Shown piece by piece: positions 52,451-62,824 of a stretch of DNA of 64,000 bases (positions are counted from its first letter, which is position 1; each line of letters opens with the position of its first letter). This stretch comes from Phoronis australis. Lineage: Eukaryota; Animalia; Phoronida. A program made the translations under genes and the position numbers. The DNA lies in NCBI GenBank assembly GCA_002633005.1, contig NMRA01000020.1, positions 764,803 to 828,802 of the forward strand, written 5' to 3'. The notes below the pieces were generated by a model. The model was given only the letters and a program-made list of their open reading frames with translations. It had not been told where the DNA came from and searched no databases.

Positions 52451-52860
52451 CCATTCTGTTTGGAGGACAACCACGCCCTGAGGACGGCTGACAAACTTCG
52501 CCTCGCTCAAACCATCTATGACCACTGTATTTGCCCAGACATACATGTGTGAAAAAGTTCCTAATTCAAAACGTGCGGCCTCCACGCTAAAATGAATGGG
52601 CTTGCCGCACATGGAATAATGTTAACACGTTTTACATAACATTCAGAGTACAGTAAATGGCATTCGGAGTAAAGACCTAAGCCCCAAAATATGGACAACG
52701 AAAATCTAACTTTAAATGAACGATAGAGAAACACACTTAAAGGCGAAGGCAACCTTTTTCCATGTCATTTTGAGCTAAAATAAGGTTGGTTGGTTATCCT
52801 AGACATATTTTCCACTTAATTACAGCTTTTCGTAATTTTATTAATTACGCGTCCGCTACT

Positions 52861-52897
52861 CCGGAAGTGACGTTTTAGGAGGCAAGCATTTCGCGCC
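52861..52897 (+). promoter_or_regulatory. ETS-CRE composite (CCGGAAGTGACGT) plus E2F site (TTTCGCGCC) inside the Kolobok TIR; mirrored at 54256-54292, 48433-48469 and 49533-49569
   Basis: Matches to established ETS/CRE and E2F (TTTSSCGC) consensus motifs, about 90-180 bp upstream of each element ORF; the copy at 48433 has a one-base CRE deviation. Function is inferred. Confidence 0.5.
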
Positions 52898-52987
52898 AAT
52901 TTCTGTGAGAGCTGCCGAGTCAGTCATTGTTCTACCTCGGTTGTGTTAAGTTCCGTCGTCGTTTGCTTTCATTTACTAGTCAGTCAA

Positions 52988-53766
52988 CACGCCACACTGT
53001 TGCTGCGTACCAGGATATACTACTTATCGGCTCACGTGCGCTTTGGGAGTACCTTTGCATCGCTTTCCGATGGATGGCACACTTCGCCGTACTTGGCTCA
53101 TTCGTGTGAAGAACGCAGCGTTACCCGTCTACGCAACGTACAAAGCAGTGGAGAATTACCGTGTGTGTGGCAAGCACTTTCTGCCGTCCGATTACGAAAG
53201 GGATTTGTACACTGAACTGATGAAGGTCCCTGCGAAACAACGTCTGAAAAGGATGCCATTCCGTCTGTTGATTCCCGGCAGTGCCCCGTCGCCACCCCCG
53301 AGAAGTGCGTTTTTGAAGCGAGAAGCCTCGCGAGCTGTGGCCAGTACAGTGACTGGAGCCAGTGGAGGCACTTCATCTACTGTCACCCGTGCCTCAGAAC
53401 GTACCCCAGAGCGTGCAATTCCTGGAACCAGTAGTGATTCGCCCTGTGCTGTTTTCTGCAGCCCAGAGCCTCTAAGCAGCCCTGCAGCGATATTTAGTAG
53501 TGGGAGTGATTACAGGCTCACTTCGACACCCAGTGAAGAGGACAGTTCGTCGTCCAGTGAACAGATCGGTGAGCCAAACTTTGATAAGTTTATTGTGGAC
53601 TTGTCTTAAGTGTTGGAGCTATTTAAAAGGTGCCAGGTGTGTGGCGGGGAGTCACACGACACGATGTAAGCAGTTTGGGTGCTCAGGTTACCATCCAGTG
53701 GGAGTGTGTCGCGGGACACTCTGGCAAGTGGGACAGTTGTTCCTCTGTCCGTGGTATGCCGGAGGA
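52988..53766 (+). pseudogene. Kolobok transposase N-terminal part (THAP and Cys/His region); start codon mutated to ACG
   Basis: PHCCCVPG...LHRFP..RRTWL..YRVCGKHF...; KFIVDLS*VLELFKRCQVC...GAQVTIQWECVAGHSGKWDS. Truncated before the DDE domain. Confidence 0.85.
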
Positions 53767-53769
53767 CCA

Positions 53770-54078
53770 CTTAACCATGTCCAGTAGTGGCTTGGCCTCG
53801 TCGAAATCTGAACAGCACAAGCATTCCATTGAGGTAGGCATAACAACGCACACAGTGCATTTGCACCAAGATGTGTCACCACGTCTGTCCTCAGTAGCCG
53901 CCTCGTTTCTCTCAACAGCTGCCTGTGCCTGTGCGTACTCTGCCTCGTTATACTCGGGCTCAAACATGTACCCACCCACTGAATGTCCGTGAAAAAATTC
54001 CTCGTCACCACTGCTGTGAACAAGGTCTCCGTCACTCACACTACTGTCACTGTGATACGGGTCACCGACTCCAGCCAT
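53770..54078 (-). pseudogene. KolX-like protein (P2X7 C-terminal ballast/nanor-like Cys cluster), 3'-truncated
   Basis: YMFEPEY...RRGDTSWCKCTVCVVMPTSMECLCCSD matches the YxFEP...WCxCxxCxxMxxxxECxCC signature. Confidence 0.85.
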
Positions 54079-54519
54079 TTTCAGCTTACAACACACTAAA
54101 CAATCCCTAAATCCAACGTAGTTGAGTTCTCTACTAACCTATCTTTCCGCAGAATACTCGCCGATGGAAAGTGGTGGCGACAATTGTTGAAAAACAGCAC
54201 AAAACAAAAGTAGAATAGAACAGATTCGCACGGTAAAGTCAACGCAAAACCAAGTGGCGGGAAACGCTTGCCTCCTAAAACGTCACTTCCGGAGTAGCGG
54301 ACGAGTAATTTATAAAATTACGAAAAGCTGTAATTAAGTGGAAAATATGTCTAGGATAACCAACCAACCTTATTTTAGCTCAAAATGACATGGAAAAAGG
54401 TTGCCTTCGCCTTTAAAATGAAAAAGTCGTATATGTCCCACTCTATTTTCCCATCTCACTTCAAATCTTATCTTTCTGTCTTTTTCTCTCAGAACTTTAG
54501 AAATTCACTTGAAACTTAC

Positions 54520-54718
54520 CAATAATTTCGTTTTCACATTCAGCAACTATGAAACCTTCTGGGTTGTCCCTGGTAATTTTGAAGTAGCTCTCAACCGTAG
54601 CAATAGAATTCATTCGAAACTCAGTCGTGTCGTCTTCTTCTGTAACAACTTTTAGTATTTCTGCCAAGTCCTTCTTTTCAGCAGGACGATAGACTATCGC
54701 TTTCAGACAGGAATCCAT
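54520..54718 (-). CDS. GNAT acetyltransferase exon 1
   Basis: gcagcATGG start context. MDSCLKAIVYRPAEKKDLAEI...PEGFIVAECENEIIG|GTAAGT, phase 1. Exon lengths 199+87+620 = 906 nt, i.e. 301 aa plus stop. Confidence 0.87.
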
Positions 54719-55749
54719 GCTGCTTCGAGAAGTGCACTGTTCGAAACAAACGTACTTATTTTAATGCCTGCTCCATTATTTATTGATAGAGGCTTGGGAA
54801 ATGCAGGTTTTTGCGTAACAAAACCAATGATCGCTAGTTTATGTTAAGCCATACTTGCATAACTAACACAGGTGATCACCACCATCCATGTTCAAGAACC
54901 AGGCCTAATATTTGTACTTGAAATAGAACTCAAAATTATGGCGTTTTCAATTCCACTCTTTGCGAACTCAACTCAAGATAGCAATCCGGCTATTATTCTG
55001 TGTTGGAGTTTATCTTGGTTTACGCAAACGAGCGTCCAGCCCAAGTTTGCTACAAATTCAAATAAAAATCGAGATTTCGAGTAAAAAGTCGAAATTTTGA
55101 ATTCAGACTCAAACTTATAGTCGCACTTCTGAGGTCATTAAGTGCAAAGTAGGGTTAGACAGTCATCCATAAAAACCACAATGTATTCGAGCACAGAATA
55201 ACATTTTGAGTTAGTTGTGGCGGTGGACAGGATTGTACATCCATGAACAACCCTGCCCATGTGGCACATACTCAGCCACAACACCACGTTCCTTACAATA
55301 TCTCTTTTTATCACTCCGGCTCGTCAGCTCACTCAGCTTGTCCGGAACCTGCTTTGCAGGTTGTTGTAGCCCAGTTGGCTGTTTGATGTACCCACTTGGT
55401 ACTTTATTATATGATATTAGCCCATTTGGCAGTTGGTACTTGTTATTGAATTTGCCGTTTTGCGCGACCCACTTGGAAGGCAATCGGTCAATACCCATTT
55501 GGTATTATGTACCCATTTGGTACTATGCTAACCTGTGCCACTTAGTATCCGATACTCAATTACACATTGGGTATCTTAAATGTGTGTGTTATCTCTTGTA
55601 ATTGAGGAACTCATCTGGTTCCTTCTGCGAAATATTCATTTGTGACCCAGAAATTCCCAATACAACCTAAAATATATATTGTTGTTGTTGTTTTATTGTC
55701 CCCAATAATTGCTCATTAAAACATTTAAGCATGCACTAAGATCCATGAC

Positions 55750-56830
55750 CAAAACTGTGGCTTTCAGGGTCCTACACATCCATATGATCTTAATTGTTTT
55801 TACAAAAAAAATAAACGCCTATAATTTTATGTCCACCTACATTGCAACTCGTATTGTTGAATCATGGTTTTATGACTAATGCTATCCACCCCAAATTTAA
55901 TTAAAGAACATATCTATCTCAAATCATTGGGGATTGGCAAACACGACAGAACACGAAGACGAAATAATTTAACTACAGTCATTTTTTCAAGAGTATTAAA
56001 ATTTTTGTTTGATCTTACGACTTCCTTTGTGATATAGATCTAAATACTTGACTGACAGTGGAATAAACAACCCCAAGAACAATAAGTTGGGAATTGAAGC
56101 ATTTTAAACATTTTTCAAACCAAATCCTTGAATTTGATGTTTGTTCTACGTTTAATGGAAACTATCCATAAAAAAGTCTAAATTCGGGGTTACACCTGGC
56201 TGAATATTACGGAAACTGAAGAAGCATATGAAGAATGTTTTAATGGTCTTTCTGAACCGTCATTGATAATGGCAATGTCATCAGTATATTGGAATAATTT
56301 ACATTTTTAGAGCAATCCGCATTCCTTTTATATTTCATTCTTTCTGAACAGATCTACCATAAATTTGGCAGAGAGTAAAATGAACAGGGAGACAAAGGGT
56401 CCGCCTTGTTTAGAACCTCTGCTCATCTCAAAAGTGGAGACGTTATTACATACTGAATTACACAAATCAAATATGTAGCTCCTTCATTAAGCAATAAAAC
56501 CCACTTTTTGATATTTGGACCAAAATTATTTTTTGTAAAATACCACAAGACACCGAGTCGAAGGCCTTCTCAAAATCCACGAGGACTAGCAAACCTGAAT
56601 TATTCAGTTACTTAGTACACAGATCATAGATTAATTGAATGTTTTCACCAATAACTTTATCACCAATAGGACCTTTTGGATTTACATGGATCAAAAAAAT
56701 TCGTCACATATTTATGGCGCTCAGTAATACTGGTCGAAATTATTTTTTAATTCATGTAGAGTAATGAAACAGCCTTCAATATACTGTTACTAACATTATC
56801 CTCCCCGAGCGCCAACACACTTAGGCAGAT
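55750..56830 (-). mobile_element. L1/Tx1-clade LINE RT remnant
   Basis: ISLL, IGENIQLIYDL, GLLVLVDFEKAFDSV, NFGPNIKKWV, FEMSRGSKQGGP and LFQYTDD on the minus strand, with stops and frameshifts. Confidence 0.85.
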
Positions 56831-59800
56831 CGTCATCAATGCTCCTCCCAATCCGGTCGCATCGATACCGATTTCCATAGATCTTCAAAAATGTGGGCTA
56901 ATGTCATGCCTCACTAAAGCCTAAAAATACAAAATCACGTTCACGGTGACCTTCGAATCACGTTTTATGAATATGAAAAGGTCCATTTTACGTTCACGCA
57001 CCGCAAAAATGAAGTTTTAGGGGCCCCAAAAAGTCTTTCTCTAAGCTTTTACGTTTATGGCATCATATGACACTTTTTGCCAGCAATTAGTGTACACTAG
57101 AGCTAGATGGTCACCTATTCAAGTGTGCTTCACACCATACGCACGTTTCCAGAGATTTGTGCTCGCCGAAAAAATTACAACCCTGTCATTTTGCCATGAA
57201 GCTGAGCGCGAGAAATACAGAAAAGCAACTCCGGAATACCGTTACTGGGCAAGAATTTCTTTTGAAATTCCTCAATTACAAAAGTTAAACGTTCGCTTCC
57301 ATGCGTACAGCCACAGTGATCGAAGACAATATATTTTCACTTATTTAAAACTTTAATGTATCCCAAAAATGTGTGTATACGGCCATGGAATACATTGAAC
57401 CTGGGGAAAAGACAATTCGTATTCAATGGTTAATGTGCAGGGAACGACGTCAAATTTGATTGGTCTTGTTCATTTGGGCTACCTGAAACACTGATTCAAG
57501 AGCTGTTTCCTGAAAAAGCAGTTTCATTGCTCTTAGAACTATATAACATGTACTTTCAGCAAAGATTTAGCGATGAGAATTACGCTGCACGCTGATCCGG
57601 CAGTTACTTTGAGGCATCACTATTTTCTATTGGCCATCAGAAATGGGTCAATTGCCTATATAACGTCCTCAACATAATCAAACAAAATTTTTATTTAAGT
57701 CCAAGGAAAATGTATTCTTATGAATGCATACAGCATATTTACACTGAGAACAACTAAGATGCCTACAGGATTTTGCGACCTAATGTCGAGCATGTTTTTA
57801 CTGCTGCAGCGTTCCTCGACATTCACTTCACTACATGTACATGTTGGCGTAAAATCTGATTTTCAAGGTACAGTCCTTCCACAAGTTCCACAAATTAGCC
57901 ACCGCACAAAACTGTTTTCATCCTTATTTTCCGTTGCTTTGATCAAGGGAGAAAATATTTTCATTCAACAAACTAAGAAACGGAAAATAGACCTAGAAAT
58001 CCCAGAAATTCCCAAAGTTTAAACGATACACCACGGACACCTGTGTACTTTATATTTATAATTTTATATTTCCTGATGGTTCATTTGTAAGTTTCCGAAT
58101 AATTTTAACGTAGTTAAATGGTTCATTGTTTTAACTTTTACATTTCACAAATATATGAAATAAAATTTATTATTTATTTAACATCACGATTTAATGTAGA
58201 AAATTTTGTCGCTTAACCGCCGCGGGTATGCTTGGTGTCTATATGACGCCATATAACATACAAGTAGTGGCAGATCTACGTTCTCAGGGTTTAGGGTTTG
58301 CGCGAATACGAGGCGCGTAGCGCCAAGCGGGGGGAGGTCGTGTAATATTTTTTGGTGACGCTATCTTTTAATTTTTTTTTTTGATCCTATCCCGTGGGTT
58401 TAAACCCCTGAACCCTCGGGAGATCCGCCTCTGTAAGAACAAGACGAAACAAATATGGAATGAATAAGTTACTCCACATATATGAGAATATTGCTGCGAT
58501 ACTTTATCTCGAATTCATTCAATTGGGAATGTTCCCACTCCATCGAACCTATATGGCACTCAGGTTATAGACGAAATGCATGTCCTTGAAATTAAGTTTA
58601 TCCTGTTCCAATAGCAATAAACTGTCTTTGGCCTGACTATTCTCCTGAGCTAATGCCATCGTGTCACACGACAATCATCCTGGTCACCCCTTCTTCCTCG
58701 TGTTTACAACAGCGTGAGGTATCCCAGAAAAATGACGTGGTGAATTAACAATTTTCGGACTTTATTGTTAACGGGGTGTGCGAAATGCGGCAAATGTGCG
58801 ACGGTATTGGGTACCTACATGTACAGTATATTACATTCACTGGATTCGCAAAACGCTCATAGTTCGAAAATTGACTTAGCACCTTCAGGCAGAAGTAAAT
58901 ATAAAAATATTTGAGTGCGCAAATCTGGCATTCAAAAGTTTAAAAAACATCCGCTGCATAAAAGTGCATTCATTTTGTCAGATTTCCGTACTACGACTTC
59001 AATCCGAAATACTTATGTGCACGATTCAAGGCATTTTATATGCAAAAGAATTATTTTATAGTAGAAACAACCCAGCCTACACAACCTTAAAGAGAATGAA
59101 TATATGTTATCCCACACACATACATGTAGGAATGCTACTGCCATATCCTATCGAGAATTCATTTCATCTCGGAATGTCCCAAAGAGACTTTTTCAGTTGC
59201 CAACAGGTTTATTCCACCAACCAACAAGTACACGAACATTAATGCAATTTTATAGTAGCACCTGTCCTTGGTAAAATGTATGCTTACTTGACCACCGGGT
59301 CTGGAAACGCTCAAGCGTAGATTTACACAAATAAATATTTTCCACTTTGCAAGCCTCACAAACTTCATGTCAGGATATTTTAACTTAGCTTTTTTTCAGC
59401 CGTTCAGTTGTTTATTACAGTATATTGCTTTGTCAATCTCCAAACACAGTCAGTAAACATTTTTAACTGCAGCGGGGCAGTGCACGGATTGCTGTCCTTG
59501 ATTCAGAAGTGACTTATTCTGTATGGTGTCACGGGATATATTTGCGATTTCTTGTCATTTTCGTCTGATGATGGTAAATGGCTGTCGATTTTATTGGTGA
59601 TTTCACTGTGTTTCTTGTCATGCTTATGTTGTTTCTTGGAGAGTGATGTGGCTAGAACGCATGTCTGAGGTAAATCAAACTTAATAGTATAGACAGATAC
59701 ACCCGCACTCTACATGCACCACGGTGACATGTAAAGATGACACACACCGCTACAAGCATGTATGATATTTAGTGAGTGTCTGCTATACAACATTGTTTTT

Positions 59801-60911
59801 ATACTAAATTTTATGAACACAGCAACAAAAACTGATGGGTAGAACCAGGAGCTATTCCAGGGCTGTACCTTTCACCTTAGTTGAAGTTCCGCCGAGAACA
59901 GAGCTCATTCTTCTGTTGGTTCTGATCGCCACTCTTGAGGCAACGGATGAATACCCTGCCCTAAAAACACGAGCATTATGCACTAGTAATCTCAAAATGA
60001 AACCCGGTCTGAGATTTATGTATTGCACTTGTGGGTCATGCACTTCAGGAAAGTTTAATTTGAGGGACCAGCATAATTGCGCATTTATAATTAAATACAT
60101 AGTTCATAGTTGACTATGCCCCTACCGTGTGCATCGCATATAGCTCAGATACAAATGATGGTTACCATTTCAAACATTCCCACAAAAGAGGTAAACTTAA
60201 AATAACCTCTAGATGGTACAGCTTGTCAGCAATGCTATGGTCAATAGGAACACACCTGCCAAGATTGTAAAAAGTAAAACTGGCACTAGGGATCACAAAG
60301 TTGTGTACAATCCATATGAAAACGGGCAGGTGTCATCGTTCCTAATTGTCAAATTTTATAAAAATTTACTCCAAAGAATTCCAGAGATACAGGAAAAAAA
60401 TAAAAATTTCCACCAGGGCTCACAGAGATAGACGGATCCGTCCGAAAGTCGTCAACATCCGTTGTCACCTGTTCCTACACCAGTTAAATTTAACAAAGAT
60501 TATTTAGAAGTTTTAGAAAATAAAGCCACGGACGCAAAAAAAACTGCTACGACAAAAGTCGGAGCCGTCCGAAAATGATCACCAAAGCCGTCATCTTCCC
60601 AGAAGAAGCATGCAAATACCACTTTTTATAATCATCCTTAGAGTGATTTGGCTGATAGCGAGGCGGACGTAAGCGAAAAACAGATTCTAAAGTAATGAAA
60701 ACGGTCACCAGGTGGCGTGCACTGCGTCAAATCCAAATGAAAACGTAAAGATGCCATTGCCTCTTTAACAGAAATCCATTTATTAAATTACACAAAAATC
60801 TTTCAAATAACTTCAAAGACACAGAGGAAAACGGAATTTCGAAAACTAAAATTGCCACCAGAAGACACAGCGCGGTGGTCGGATCGGTACGAAGTTTTTC
60901 GTCATGTCTGC

Positions 60912-61135
60912 CATGGGCGGTGCAGCACTGAAAAAAGTGGGTGGTTATAGCCCACCCAACCCCCCTTCTGTGCACCGCCCATAGACCATGGGAGGCGAAG
61001 CACTGAAAAAGTGGGTGGTATAGCCCATCCAGCCCCCCTTCGGTGCACCGCCCATAGACCACGAGCGGCGAAGCACTGAAAAAGTGGGTGGTATACAGTA
61101 GCCCCCTCGCCCCCTATGATGGTGCACCGCCCATG
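60912..61135. repeat. Three tandem ~74-bp units, each a mini element with CATGGGCGG...CCGCCCAT(G/A) inverted ends
   Basis: Units start at 60912, 60987 and 61060. The outer ends CATGGGCGGTGCA / TGCACCGCCCATG form a perfect 13-bp inverted repeat. Confidence 0.85.
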
Positions 61136-62612
61136 ACTGCTCAATCTTACCCCGGCAAGGGGTAGGGGATCGACTCGAAACAGACTTTGCATAACCTGAA
61201 CCTGCACAATTCCATTGGAATCAAACGCTGGAGCATGAGCTGCGAATTTTAACGCTGCTATTTTTTGGCAGCCAGTGCATCGATTTTGCGCTGGACGGGT
61301 GTATTTCATAGAGCAGCACGTTTTATCAAATGGTGCCGGTATCGAGCAACAAGCACCTACTACAAAAGTTGTTTAATGCGTAGCTGTAAGACTTTTTCCG
61401 CAATAAGACTTTCTTGTCGTCTAACCCGCAGGCCATCTTTAGAATTAAAACAATATTTAACGCTTATGGGGAAACGGGAAACAGTAATGAACGACTTTTC
61501 GGCAACGACCTGTCGAGTTCAGTGGCGTGTTAGTGGTGCAGTGGCGAATTGCGTACAAGATCATGGGATCGAATAACGATAGGGTCTCCTTTACTTCCCA
61601 CTTGAGTTTGTAAAAGGAATTAAAATGGCGTTACCATAGCAACGGTCAATGTGAAGAGCGGTCAATATCGAGAGTTATTGACTCCGACACATTGACGGGT
61701 TTATAAAAGTACGATTTCTTCACACCGTGTAATAACGAAGCAGTGTCCTAATGCGTTTGTTCAACACCAAGCCATAAGAATTTTATGTCTTATTTTCCAT
61801 CCACTCTACAAATGTCACTTCGTTCCGTGAATCACTTTCGCCTCTTCGCCGACGTACACTTGTGTCCAACGTCCGTATCATGAAAGAGTGTCAGTCCTAC
61901 CATTACCACTTGCTACAGTGAAGTGTGCTTCACGTACAGCAATCAATGGATTTATCAAGAAAACAATATAAATTCGTTTATTGGAATGAAACCATTTGTA
62001 CAAGTCTTGCTATAATACATTATGAACAACATTATTTATAAAACATGTATGACGCCATTTTGGTTCCGAACAAACTATACTTGGTCATATCGAAAACTTC
62101 GAATAGCTTGTAACCGAAATTGCGTCATGTTTATCAAAATTTAGTCCGATGAAGGCCAACATGACGTCTTTATAAAAAAATTAAACAAGTTTAAATTCAG
62201 CGTGCTTCTGGCACCATTGTCAAGGATAGTCAAGAGTAAAAGGACAACTTTTTATAACAATGACCTACGGATTTTGTTGAAAGACCTCCAGAGGCATAGA
62301 CGAGCGGTAGGCCTACAACTAGTTCAGGATAAACAAATGACGAAGACATGCGAGTGACAATTTATGTACATGTAGCAAAAACTTCCACTGATTTACTGAC
62401 TAGGTCACTTTGCTCTCATTGATGTTAAGGGGATACACGTGAAGACGGCAGCACATGCTCGTGATGAGAGGTATGAAATCTGCAAGTCCATAATTCCTCA
62501 GAATTCTCTAGTTCGCCATACGCGCGCGTCATCTTCCGTCTATTTGTTAAAGGGTTGTTCCTTTTAGTTTCAAAACAACAGTGCTGCTCCAAGACAACGG
62601 TGTGCTGATGAA

Positions 62613-62824
62613 TTAGTTGAGAACTCGTGATAAGGTAAGCAGCAAGCATAAAGTCCCGAGTAAAACATTGAAATAAACGTTTGAGGCTGAGTTACATTTC
62701 TCTGAGTCCGAGCAAAAGCACGTGGTGGTCGTCATCTCTATTGACTGGTGTTTTGCAGTAACTGGGTCCCGACAACCCTCAGCCATCTTTTGCGGTGAGC
62801 AAGAGCGCGCAATCTGCAACTCAG
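62613..62824 (-). CDS. Last exon of a GPI-anchored Ly6/uPAR (three-finger; quiver/sleepless-like) protein
   Basis: Polypyrimidine tract plus cAG acceptor (62826-62825). Reads ELQIARSCS...GC...TTTTCFCSDSEKCNSA followed by a hydrophobic tail VYFNVLLGTLCLLLTL*. Candidate AATAAA at about 61977-61982 (minus). Confidence 0.82.

Larger units (their letters stand above)
52741..54412 (+). mobile_element. Kolobok family 2, copy B (1672 bp, internally deleted), in GNAT intron 1
   Basis: TTAA TSD at 52737-52740 and 54413-54416. ~158-bp TIRs (52741-52898 and 54255-54412). Convergent THAP-transposase and KolX fragments are fused at about 53770. Confidence 0.92.

Noticed and set aside
60912-61135. CRISPR-like repeat/spacer appearance
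   Set aside because: The middles are homologous to each other rather than unique spacers, there are no cas genes, and the context is eukaryotic.
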